Source: Candidatus Veblenbacteria bacterium (GTDB lineage Bacteria > Patescibacteriota > Patescibacteriia > Veblenbacterales > UBA10138). Taken from it: 61,411 nucleotides of DNA. Shown in pieces: positions 16,326 to 27,300 of the stretch (positions are counted from its first letter, which is position 1; every line of letters begins with the position of its first letter). The stretch is taken from contig JBBIVB010000002.1 of the NCBI GenBank assembly GCA_037439965.1, positions 1 through 61,411 of the forward strand, given 5' to 3'. The translations under genes and the position numbers were made by a program. The notes below the pieces were generated by a model, which saw nothing but the letters and a program-made list of their open reading frames with translations, was not told the origin of the DNA and made no database searches.

Positions 16326-18770
16326 ATGACAGATAGTAAATATGAGCCCGCAAAAATAGAAGCTAAGTGGCAGGCGCTCTGGGACAAGGAGCGCACTTTT
16401 AAAGTAGAGGAGACTAAGAAGGATAAAATTTATGTTTTAGATATGTTTCCCTATCCTTCAGCTCAAGGTTTACATGTGGGGCATGTGGAGGGATATACCG
16501 CCACTGATATTTATTGCCGATATTTAAGAATGAAAGGTATAGCAGTTTTGCACCCCATGGGTTGGGATGCTTTTGGTTTGCCAGCGGAAAATTATGCCAT
16601 TAAAACCGGCACCCATCCGCAAAAGCTTACTTGGCAAAATATTGATAATTACCGCCGTCAATTAAAATCTTTAGGCTTTTCTTATGATTGGTCACGAGAA
16701 ATTAATACTGCTGATCCAGCGTATTATAAATGGACACAGTGGTTATTTTTACAATTATATGAAAAAGGTTTAGCTTACCAAAAAACAGCTCCAGTTAATT
16801 GGTGTTCGTCTTGTCAAACCGTTTTAGCTAATGAGCAAGTAATAAATGGCGAATGTGAGCGTTGTCATAACCAAGTGGAACAGCGGCAGATGAAACAATG
16901 GTTTTTTAAGATTACTGAATATGCAGATGAATTATTAAAAGATTTAGATAAATTAGATTGGCCGGCTAATATCGTGGAGATGCAAAAGAATTGGATTGGA
17001 AAATCAACAGGGGCGGAGGTTGAATTTAAAATTAAAAAACAAAAACTGAAAATTAAAATTTTTACTACTCGTTTAGATACTATTTTTGGTGCGACTTATT
17101 TAGTGCTAGCACCAGAACATAAATTAATTCAACAATTAAGAAATAAGATAAACAATTGGCCAGAAGTAGAAAAATATATAAAGGAATCCCAGAAGAGAAC
17201 AGAGCTGGAAAGAAAAGCAGAAATTAAAGAGAAGACCGGTGTAAGGTTAAAAGGCTTGGTGGCAATAAATCCAGCTAACCAAGAGGAGATGCCGATTTTT
17301 ATTGCTGATTATGTGCTAACTTCCTATGGCACTGGTGCTATTATGGCTGTGCCAGCGCATGATGAGAGAGATTTTGAGTTTGCGAAGAAATTTGGTTTAC
17401 CAATCAAGTACGTTGTCACACCCGCGAAAGTTTCAGTATCTCAAAGTAAAACAGGTGTACATTGGTTATCTAATCAAGGTGTATTTGAAGAAGATGGGGT
17501 GCTATATGGTTGTGAAGAATTCAATGGATTGTCTTCATCCGATGCACGCCACAAAATCGCTAAAAAACTTGGCGCTAAATTAACTACCAAATATCGTTTG
17601 CGTGATTGGCTCATTTCTAGGCAACGTTATTGGGGAGCACCCATTCCTATTATTTATTGTGAAACTTGCGGAATAATACCAGTACCAGTTAAAGATTTGC
17701 CAGTATTGTTGCCAGAAGATGTTGATTTTAAACCAACTGGTGAGTCACCTTTGGTTAAATCCCAATCATTTCATCAGGTCAAATGTCCTAAATGTGGATT
17801 ACCAGCTCACCGCGAAAATGATACTATGGATACTTTTGTTGATTCTTCATGGTATTTCTTGCGTTATTGTGATCCGCAAAATAATCAAGAAGCCTTTAAT
17901 CCTAAAAAAGTAGCTAGCTGGTGTCCAGTAAATTTTTATGTGGGTGGAGCGGAGCATGCGGTAATGCATCTTTTGTATGCTAGATTTTTTACTAAAGTGC
18001 TGGCGGATTTAGGTTATATTAAATTTCGCGAGCCATTTTTAAAACTTCGCAATCAAGGATTAATTTTAGGTGAAGATGGGCAAAAAATGTCCAAATCCCG
18101 CGGTAATGTTATTAATCCAGATGAAATAGTTGAACAATATGGAGCAGATACACTGCGGCTTTATGAAATGTTTATGGGGCCATTGGAAGATAGTAAACCT
18201 TGGAATACCTCCAGTATTATTGGTGTGCGGCGTTTTTTGGAAAAAGTTTGGCGATTAGCGACTGATTTAATAACTGAGCAGCAGACTAACAATAAAGCAG
18301 AAGAAGCAAATTTGGCTTATTGGTCTGCTTATACTACTAAGAAAGTTACTACTGATATTGAATCATTTAATTTTAATACAGCAATTAGTATCTTGATGGA
18401 GTTTAGTAATGTAATATTAACCACTGCTGGCGCGGAAAAAGTTAAAGCAATTAAAAATTTATTAATCTTACTTTATCCTTTTGCTCCGCATTTAACTTCG
18501 GAACTTTGGGAAAAGTTAGGAGAAAGAGGATATATTTGGCAGCAGGTTTGGCCCGCTTGGCAGGAAGAGTCTTTGATAAAAGAAAACGTCAAAATAATTG
18601 TGCAGGTTAACGGTAAGGTGCGTGATACTATTGATTGTTCTTTAGGCATGGACCAAGCTGCGGTGGAGAGAATAGCCAAACAATCAATTAAGGTAGCCAA
18701 GTTCTTAACTGGCAAGATACTGAAGGTTATTTATGTTAAAGATAGATTAATAAATTTTGTGGTGGAGTAA
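16326..18770 (+). CDS. leuS: leucine--tRNA ligase
   Basis: HIGH-type motif HVGHVEGY, the KMSKS motif, and a length of 814 aa. Confidence 0.95.
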   Translation: MTDSKYEPAKIEAKWQALWDKERTFKVEETKKDKIYVLDMFPYPSAQGLHVGHVEGYTATDIYCRYLRMKGIAVLHPMGWDAFGLPAENYAIKTGTHPQKLTWQNIDNYRRQLKSLGFSYDWSREINTADPAYYKWTQWLFLQLYEKGLAYQKTAPVNWCSSCQTVLANEQVINGECERCHNQVEQRQMKQWFFKITEYADELLKDLDKLDWPANIVEMQKNWIGKSTGAEVEFKIKKQKLKIKIFTTRLDTIFGATYLVLAPEHKLIQQLRNKINNWPEVEKYIKESQKRTELERKAEIKEKTGVRLKGLVAINPANQEEMPIFIADYVLTSYGTGAIMAVPAHDERDFEFAKKFGLPIKYVVTPAKVSVSQSKTGVHWLSNQGVFEEDGVLYGCEEFNGLSSSDARHKIAKKLGAKLTTKYRLRDWLISRQRYWGAPIPIIYCETCGIIPVPVKDLPVLLPEDVDFKPTGESPLVKSQSFHQVKCPKCGLPAHRENDTMDTFVDSSWYFLRYCDPQNNQEAFNPKKVASWCPVNFYVGGAEHAVMHLLYARFFTKVLADLGYIKFREPFLKLRNQGLILGEDGQKMSKSRGNVINPDEIVEQYGADTLRLYEMFMGPLEDSKPWNTSSIIGVRRFLEKVWRLATDLITEQQTNNKAEEANLAYWSAYTTKKVTTDIESFNFNTAISILMEFSNVILTTAGAEKVKAIKNLLILLYPFAPHLTSELWEKLGERGYIWQQVWPAWQEESLIKENVKIIVQVNGKVRDTIDCSLGMDQAAVERIAKQSIKVAKFLTGKILKVIYVKDRLINFVVE

Positions 18771-18812
18771 CAAAATTTTAAAAGGAGTAAAAAGGTAATA
18801 AGTTAATAATTA

Positions 18813-18842
18813 GGCATTTTTAGACGATTAGTCAAAAATGCC
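18813..18842 (+). terminator. stem-loop after leuS
   Basis: GGCATTTTTAGAC pairs with GTCAAAAATGCC. It shares the core TTTTTAGACGAT with the palindrome at 41531. No T-run follows. Confidence 0.35.
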
Positions 18843-18886
18843 AACAATTCAAATCAACGTTTTTATCTTTTGGTTATCATATTTTT

Positions 18887-19504
18887 ATGCCAATGCAACT
18901 TTTCTCCAAAACTATTAGTAGTATTCCGTTGCTATGTAGATTATTAGCCGCCGGTCAGGTCATAGCGGCTCCCACCGAAACAGCTTATGCCTTACTCGTT
19001 GATGCTACCAATACTAAAGCTGTTAAAAAAGTTTTTGCTATTAAAGGTAGAAATAAAGATAAAGTTTCAGCATTATTAGTAGTTAATTTAGCTATGGCTA
19101 AAGAATATGCCAGGTTTTCATCTCTAGCTTTAAAGTTAGCTCGATGTTATTGGCCCGGTCCTTTAACCTTAGTTCTGCCAGCTAAAAAGAGATTATCATC
19201 ATTAATTATAAAGAATAAATATGTTGGCATGCGAGTACCAAAACATAAGTGGTTACTAAAATTATTAACTAAATTTAATAAACCACTCACCGCTACATCA
19301 GCTAATTTAACTGGCGGACCTAATTTATATTCCTGCAAGGAAGTCAAAAAACAATTGACCAAAAAAGGATTAAAGTTTTTGGTAGACAGCGGGCGTTTAC
19401 CCAAAAAGAAAGTTTCTACTATAGTGAAAGTAATTAATAATAAATTGATTTTATTACGTCCTGGAGCAATATCATTAAGCAAAAAATTAATAGAGAAAAA
19501 TTAA
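18887..19504 (+). CDS. tsaC: L-threonylcarbamoyladenylate synthase (YrdC/TsaC domain)
   Basis: APTETAYALLVDA, WPGPLTLVL and TSANLTG motifs. Confidence 0.8.
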   Translation: MPMQLFSKTISSIPLLCRLLAAGQVIAAPTETAYALLVDATNTKAVKKVFAIKGRNKDKVSALLVVNLAMAKEYARFSSLALKLARCYWPGPLTLVLPAKKRLSSLIIKNKYVGMRVPKHKWLLKLLTKFNKPLTATSANLTGGPNLYSCKEVKKQLTKKGLKFLVDSGRLPKKKVSTIVKVINNKLILLRPGAISLSKKLIEKN

Positions 19505-19547
19505 GATTTTATTCTAACTTTCAACTTCTAGTTTCTAAATTCTAATT

Positions 19548-20420
19548 ATGTTGCCTGATAATTTATTAGCTTGGTCTAAGCAAATTATAAATCGCTACCA
19601 ATTATCTGCCGGACAACGCCTTGGACAACATTTTTTAATTGACAAAAAATTATTAAGGCAAATTGTTAAATTAAGCCAACTTCAATTTCAAGAAAAAGTT
19701 TTGGAGGTTGGAGGTGGTTTAGGTACTTTAACTATGGCACTATTAGAGTTAGGTGCTCAAGTGACAACAGTAGAACTAGATAAAAAGTTAGCCGCCGGAC
19801 TTAAAAAATTATCCTTGGGTAATAACTTACAAGTAGTTACTGATGATATTTTAAAGTTAGATAATCAGAGAATTATAGAAATTCTAAAATTACAACCAGA
19901 GGAACAATTTAGTATTATTAGTAATTTACCTTATGAGATAAGTGGTGCTTTTTTGCGTAAATTTTTAAACAGCCCTCTGCCTATTAGGCAACTAATATTA
20001 CTCTTACAAAAAGAAGTAGCTGAAAGGCTACAAGCTAAACCAGGAGATATGAGTTTATTAGGATTATTGTGTCAATTAACCAGTAAAATAGAATTAGTGC
20101 AGCAAGTTAAGCCGGAGAGTTTTTATCCCCAACCACAAGTTAATTCAGCCTTAGTAAAAATAGTTCCTTATTCAGTTAAACAAAAATCTATTTTATTAGC
20201 GGGAGTAGATTGGTTATGGCTTTGGCAGATAGCTAGGGCGGGTTTTGCTGCTAAACGTAAACAGTTACATAATAATTTAAGTTCGGCTTTACCTTTAACC
20301 TCCAAAGAAATACAAGAAATATTAACGGGTTTAAATTTAAGTCCTCAAATCAGAGCTCAAAATTTGTCTCGCGAACAGTGGATTTTATTAGCTAAAACAT
20401 TATTAAAATATCAGGTATAA
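19548..20420 (+). CDS. rsmA: 16S rRNA (adenine1518/1519-N6)-dimethyltransferase
   Basis: LGQHFL, the SAM motif EVGGGLGTLT, and NLPYEIS. Confidence 0.9.
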   Translation: MLPDNLLAWSKQIINRYQLSAGQRLGQHFLIDKKLLRQIVKLSQLQFQEKVLEVGGGLGTLTMALLELGAQVTTVELDKKLAAGLKKLSLGNNLQVVTDDILKLDNQRIIEILKLQPEEQFSIISNLPYEISGAFLRKFLNSPLPIRQLILLLQKEVAERLQAKPGDMSLLGLLCQLTSKIELVQQVKPESFYPQPQVNSALVKIVPYSVKQKSILLAGVDWLWLWQIARAGFAAKRKQLHNNLSSALPLTSKEIQEILTGLNLSPQIRAQNLSREQWILLAKTLLKYQV

Positions 20421-20436
20421 TTATTATTTATTTTCT

Positions 20437-20465
20437 TTGACTTTTTTGTTTTATTGTGATATAAT
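20437..20465 (+). promoter_or_regulatory. near-consensus promoter TTGACT-17-TATAAT with TG extension
   Basis: TTGACT at 20437-20442, TG at 20457-20458, TATAAT at 20460-20465. It lies 22 nt upstream of the GTG start at 20488. Confidence 0.65.
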
Positions 20466-20487
20466 TTAATATGTTGATACTAAAATT

Positions 20488-21246
20488 GTGCCTATTAATC
20501 AAGAGCCAAATTATGAACCAAATTATAAATCAGAACAGCGTATTTATGCTGTCTTATTTATAGTAATGTTAGGGGCTTTGGTTTTAGGTTGGTGGCAGAT
20601 AAATAATGACATTTACCTGCCATTTAGTTGGTTAAAAAATAAACCAGTAGTCAATTCAGATAATCTTATTACCGATGAGCAGGGAATTTTGCTTACTAAA
20701 GATACTGATAATGATGGCTTGTCTGATTATGATGAATTATATCTTTATGGCACCAGTCCTTATTTACAAGATACAGATTCTGATGGCTATCCTGATAAAA
20801 CAGAAATAGAAACCTCTCACGACCCCAACTGTACCGCTAATCAAACCTGTCTTAAAGCTAAAATAAGTTTTACTGAAGGAACAAAACGCCCGCAGACCAT
20901 AGCTGAACTTAGACAGACATTAAAAGAAGCTGGAATACCAGATGAACAGTTAAATTCTATTGATGATGCTACTTTGCTTGAAGTTTTTAATGAAGTAGTG
21001 CAGGAAGTTGGAGTGACCGTACCCGTAAATGGTGAACAGCCTGTTAATACTAATACTAATTCTACTACCGAAGGTTTTGCCTCGGAGCAGGTGAATCTAA
21101 CCGAAGAACAGAAACAGTTATTAAAAAACATGTCAGGCGCGGAATTGAGAACCTTTTTAAAACAGAGTGGCGTTACTTCATCGGAATTAGATCAAATTGA
21201 CAATGATACGCTTAAAACAATCATTAATCAAACTCTAGGATTGTGA
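20488..21246 (+). CDS. membrane-anchored protein with thrombospondin type-3-like Ca-binding repeats
   Basis: One N-terminal TM segment. DTDNDGLSDYDE and DTDSDGYPDKTE are Dx[DN]xDG-type repeats. GTG start. Confidence 0.6.
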   Translation: MPINQEPNYEPNYKSEQRIYAVLFIVMLGALVLGWWQINNDIYLPFSWLKNKPVVNSDNLITDEQGILLTKDTDNDGLSDYDELYLYGTSPYLQDTDSDGYPDKTEIETSHDPNCTANQTCLKAKISFTEGTKRPQTIAELRQTLKEAGIPDEQLNSIDDATLLEVFNEVVQEVGVTVPVNGEQPVNTNTNSTTEGFASEQVNLTEEQKQLLKNMSGAELRTFLKQSGVTSSELDQIDNDTLKTIINQTLGL

Positions 21247-21326
21247 AAGTAGAATCTGTAAGCTAGAATTTAGAATACTGTTATGCTTAATTTATTTTAG
21301 CATTTAGATTTCGAAACAAGTTCGGA

Positions 21327-21355
21327 GTGACAAAATTCAAAATTATTTTTATTTT
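21327..21355 (+). promoter_or_regulatory. candidate promoter GTGACA-17-TATTTT
   Basis: GTGACA at 21327-21332 and TATTTT at 21350-21355. The same hairpin, (G/A)TGACA box and U-rich leader arrangement recurs at 38518. Confidence 0.35.
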
Positions 21356-21387
21356 TCATTTTGATTTTTACATTTTGATTTTGTAAC

Positions 21388-24300
21388 ATGTCTTGGTTTC
21401 ACCAATTACCCACCAAAACCCGCCATTGGCTAATAGCTAGTTTGCTAGTAGTATCGTTTTTAGTTTATGGGTTTGTTTTTTTTGCTCAACCTAGACCAGC
21501 TAGCGCTTTTTTGGGTTTTGGAGATATTACCTTTGATATCAATTCATTATCCCACTTCATTTGGAACAAAATTCAAAAAGCGTGGGAAGATGTCTGGAAA
21601 CATGCAGTATCAGTAGCTTATAAAAATGCCGTTCGTACTTTTACTCAGCGCATTGCTTATGATATGGCGGTTTATATATCATCAGGGGGCGCCGGGCAAA
21701 AACCGATGTTTGTTACCCAGCCTGTTGGTAAGTATTTGGAAAACGTAGCTGATGATGCAGCTGGTGATTTTTTAGACACCTTATCTAAAGAATCTGGCTA
21801 TTTAAAACAAGGTTTATGTGAGCCGGTTGATCTGCGAGCTAAACTAACTATTCAAATGCCAATGTTTAATGAGATTAAACCAAGAAAGCCTAAGTGTAGT
21901 TTATCAGATATTAAAAAGAATTTAGAAAAATCATGGGAAGAAGCTAAAGATTATTATAGTAATATCTCTTTAAGTGATTATCAGCAGTTTTTTGATTTAA
22001 CTCAAAATGATTTAGGCATTGCCTTTGAAGTATTAGGCAAAAGTGAGGAGAAAATATTAAAAGAAATTGGTGGCAAATCTTTAGAGCAACAGATGACTCA
22101 AGGTTTCAAAAATGTAGGCTCATTTATTAGTAATTATATTAAAACTCCCGGTAAAGTAATAAGCGAAACGCCAGGATCTGCTTTAGAAAGCGCTTCGAGA
22201 CAGGAAAATTTTACTGGTGATGTGATAGCTGATGCCTTGGGCGTATTTACCAATACTTTAATTTCCCGTTTACAAAAAAGAATATTTCAAAAAGGTTTAG
22301 CTCCAGTAGGTGGCGGTTCAGGTGGCGGGCCCAGTTCAATTTTTGGACCAAGTGCCACCATCGGCATAGAATATGCTATACAAGTAAACTCTAGTTTATC
22401 TACACCTAATCTAGTGATTGATACTAGCCAAATGGATATTATTAGTGAATTATTAAATTGTCCGGATATTCGTTATGCTTCGGTAAATAATTGTACTCTT
22501 GACCAAAGTTTTGCTACGGCTTTGCGTCAAGCTGAAGAAGGTCAGGCTTTAACTTTACGAGAAGCTATAGCTAAAGGCTATGTTAATGGCAATTGGAAAT
22601 TTGCCAATATTAGGCCTATGGATATTAGACGGCCAGATGCTTGGTATTTGACTGATTTAAGAAAATTGCGTAAAGCCAGAATTATTCCTGTTGGTTGGGA
22701 ATTAGCAGCAGAAAAGTTTCCTGGCAAAACTTTAAATGAGGTAATGAATGGTTTTAATGATCAAAATAGTCCTTATTGGCATTTAATTGATCCTGATTGG
22801 GTGTTACGCGCTCCACCTGCGCAATGCCGTCTTAAAGGTGCGGGACAGATTTTACAATCGCAAGGTCCCAATCGTGAAGAAACTTGTGTAGATACAGAAC
22901 AATGCGTAGCAGAAAAAGATGACGGTTCTTGCGTTGCTTGGGGTTATTGTCTAGCAGAAAAGAATACTTGGAGATTTTGGGGTGATTCTTGCGAATTACC
23001 AGTTGGTTCAGGTCGGGCACCTTATGCTACTTGTCAAACATTTAAGGATAAAAATAATAATGAGTTGAGTCTGCTTACTAATTCTTTAGCTAATTATAAT
23101 GATGATATTTGTAATGATTCCTCGGTTAGTTGCCGTTGGTATTCTTGGGCGCCACTTAATACTGATACGGTAGTAGGTCCTGATCGTTATAGTAGTGAAG
23201 AGGTTGATAAAATTTATTTAAAGAATTTGGATAAATTAAGTTGTACTACCAGTGAGCAAGGCTGCACTGCTTTTTGGCGCGCTACTAATATTAATGATGC
23301 AGAGCTAGTCGCTCGCGGCGCTACTGGTGCAGAGCCTATAGAACGATTGGTTAATTATGTTAGTACTACCGCAGGCGAACAATATATAAGTTATGCTAGC
23401 TTAAATAAAGTTTATTTACGCGAAGCGCCTCAGTATTTAAATTGTTATGATGTTGATGGTGCTGGTGATCCGATTTCAGCTAATGATTCCCCACAATGTA
23501 AAAATTACGCTTCTTTATGCTCTAGTCAGGAAGTTGGCTGTGAATTATATACGCCAGCTGATGGAAGTCCCAAAGTTCCGGCAGTAGTTCAAGCTCAAGA
23601 TTATTGTCCAGATGTTTGTGTTGGTTTTAATCGTTATACGCAAGCATCAGTTTTCTTTGAAAAAAAACCTGCTACTAATTTTGATTTTATTCCTTCCTCA
23701 GCTCAAACTTGTCCTGCTCAAAGCGCTGGCTGTGAAGAATTTACTAATTTAGATCAATCAACCGAGCAAGGTGAAAAACGGGAGTATTATGTAGAATTAA
23801 GGCAATGTATTGATATAAGCGATTCCAGAGCAGGCACCTTTTATACTTGGGTTGGTTCCGAGTTACCTGGTTTTCAATTAAAATCATGGCAACTACAAAC
23901 CGCCGATGATGGTTCACCTTATACAGTTGATGGTTTGGGTGAGTGTCGTGAGGCGCCCACTTTTCCCTTTCCTGCCAGTAATCCTGACTGTAAACAATTT
24001 TATGATATAAATGGTAATATTTATTATCGTTTTGCTTCTAAAACAGTTTCCGCTTCAGATTCATGTTATCGTTATCGTGCTACCAATATTACCCAAGATG
24101 ATTGTACTGCTACAAATGGCAGTTGGGATACTGGATTAAATGCTTGTATTTATAATGCTATTCCAGGGGAGGGTAAAGCTTGTAAGGCCAAATATAATGG
24201 TTGTCGTGAGTATCGTGGACCAACCTCGGCTGCCAGTCAATTATTATTCCCGGTTTCTACTTTTGGCGACCCTGAACCTATAACCAATTATCCTTTAGAC

Positions 24301-27300
24301 GCTTCTTTTACTTCTGGCTGGGGTTCAGGGCAGAACACCAAAGATGCTTTATCTATTACCGGTCATGCTTATGCTTCTGGCACTGGTAACCCACCCTATG
24401 TGTCTCCTACTATTACGCGAGTTATTCCAGCAGGAGTAGCTAAAGCGGGACATAAATATTTATTTACTTTTTGGGCTAAACGTTATACTACTACTAATAA
24501 TTTAACTATAGAATCACAACCAAACGATACTTATCTTTGGGATATTGATATTTCCACTATAGGTTTAAGCGATGATTGGCGAGAGTACCAAGTGGAAGAG
24601 AAATTAGATGAGAATCTGGCTGATACTCTAAATAATTTCGGAGCTTTCTTGCGTTTTAAATCTACTTATCCTTTTGTCATAGATAATATAGTAGCTCGTG
24701 ATGTTAGCGACACTTTTTATTTAGTAAAGAATTCGTGGCAGACACCTGCAGTTTGCGAAGCGCAATTCTTAGGCTGCCAGCGTTATACTAATTCTAAACA
24801 ACAAACTTTGTTTGCTACTGGTTTTAGTTCGTTATGCAGACAAGAGGCGGTTGGTTGTGAAGCTTTAATTAATACTCAAAATTCTGATTCGCCCCAAAGT
24901 GAAACTATAACCTCCGGCACTCAAACAATTACTATTCCCGCTGATAGTTTAGTTTATCGTGTATACGATAAAACGAAATCATGTCCTGCTAATGCTGAAG
25001 CTTGCCGTCCAATTGGCCAGCCAGTTTTAGATGCCAGTGGCGCGATTACAAGTTGGGGCGATAAATTAGTAAAACTTGATCCGGATAATTTTAATCCTCA
25101 AAAAAATATCAATTCTCCTTTATGTGAACGTTCTCAAGACGGTTGCGAGCAATTTACTTCTGAAAGTGGTGTTAGTTATTTTAAAGATCCGGGTTTGGCT
25201 TTGTGCGAGTATCGCCAATCAGATGGCCGATGGTATAAAAAAGGCAGTAGTGAACTGTGTAACTTATTAGTCAATCCTAGTTTTGAAGAGCAAAAAGACC
25301 ATGGTAATAATTTAATTGTCAATGGTGGTTTTGAAGATTCCATTTTAAGTAATTGGATGCCGTCTAGCGCTAATACTTGGATGCTTACTAAACAGGAGTT
25401 TTACCTAGGGTCGCAGAGCGTTAAGATGGCAACCAATAAAGGCGGTTATTTGCGGCAGACAATAAGACTAATTCCTAATCAGGCCTATACTGCTCGCGTT
25501 TTTACCAAAGCAGATAATGATACACGGCGCACTTTGCATGTTTTTGGTTGTGGTGTTGATTTATTTGATTTTTCACAAAATGCAGGTTCTTGGGAAAAGT
25601 TACAAATTACCTATATACCAACCACTTCAGCTTGTACAATAGAGTTAGCAGTTAACTCTGGTTCTAGCGAAATTTATTTTGATAACACTTCAGTGTTTTT
25701 GGCTGAAGATTTTAGAGGTTGGGTAAGAAACGGTAAAATCTATTATTCTTCTTTAGGCAGCGCTTTAACCACTTTATCAGCTATTAATTCTATTCCTGGC
25801 CGTTATTGGGAAAGTAAAGTTTTAGAAATTGAAAGTAGTGATGAACAGTATTCTGGAGTATGGAGCGATTGGGTAGATGTAGGTGTCAAAAACGAAGAGA
25901 GATATTTTACCATTTCAGCCAACCTTTATGTGCCAGATATTCCGCAAAATGCTAATTTATCGTATTGGCGTATTTCTCCGCATGTTACTCCTGAGGTGAA
26001 TAATATGAATTGTGCTATACGTCCTAGTACCGGGGTATCTACTTGTCATCATTATGATTTTGTTTCTCCTGCTCCACAAGCTGAAGATAGGACTGTTACT
26101 ATAGCTGATAAAGGCAAATGGGTACATAAAAAGTTTACTATTAAGGCAGATCCCGACATTCGTTATGTATCAGTTGGTGTTATTACCAATGAAAATTGTT
26201 CAGTAGCAGGCGGTTGTCGAGCTAATCAAGTAGTTTATGTAGACCAGGTTAATATTACCGAGGGTATTTTAGATCCAGCTTACACCTGCCCCAGCGAGGC
26301 GCAAGGTTGTACTGCTTTTAGTGATCCTCAGTTAACGCAAAGCATTTTTTACTATTTAGATAATAATAAATTAGATAAAAATTCTTGCAATGGCAAAGTG
26401 AGTGAAAAAGGAGGTTGTTTATTATTTGCTAATTATAATGATGCTAACTTAAGATGGAATTCTAATGCTACTTATGCTAAGAGCGCTGAAGGTGTAGCCA
26501 CAGCTCCTGAAAATACTGGAAATCTAGATACTAATATTATATTAAAAGTTGGACGCAGCAGAGTTTGTGCCGAATGGGCGACTTGTCAAAATTCGGCTAT
26601 TACTTATGACGCCCAAAGCGGTCAGTCGCGCAGTATTTGTTATTTACTAGGCCGTTGTGATAAAGCGGGTGATATCGCCTCTAATAAATGTAGTAATTGG
26701 AAAGTAATAAATAATCCTCAACCTTTAGAACTAGCTTCTTATCAAACCAGAAGCATTGATTTTAATTCCCCCGACTTATCCGGTTACACCATACCGCATC
26801 AATATCCAATAGATACTTTAACACAAAAGAATTATTCTACTAGTCATAATGATATTAGGTTGACTTATATTAATAAAATCATCAAAGCTTGTTCTGGACC
26901 GGCGATAGACGAAGGCAAGCCTTGTACTACAGATGCTGATTGTGTTAATGATTGTAAATCCACTCTACGTTGTGGAGGCACAGGGGATGTTTGTGATTTG
27001 ATTGGTCAAACCGCGCCTAATTGTAGTGATGATAATCCTTGTTCTTACGCAGATGTTGGTATTGACGGTTCAGGTCCGGGCGATCAGAATAAAAATACTT
27101 TAGCTAAATTGTGTCGTATTTATCCTCAACCAGATGCTCCTTTCCCATCGTCGTTAGCCAAATTTGATGCCGATGGCAATATTCAGTCTCGCGACACTGG
27201 TTTTAAAGATGCTAATATTTGTCAAACCGGGGAAGATTGTGAATGTAATTATAAACAAGTTAAATTTAGTGGTGGGGAACAAAGGTATTATTCTTTTAAT

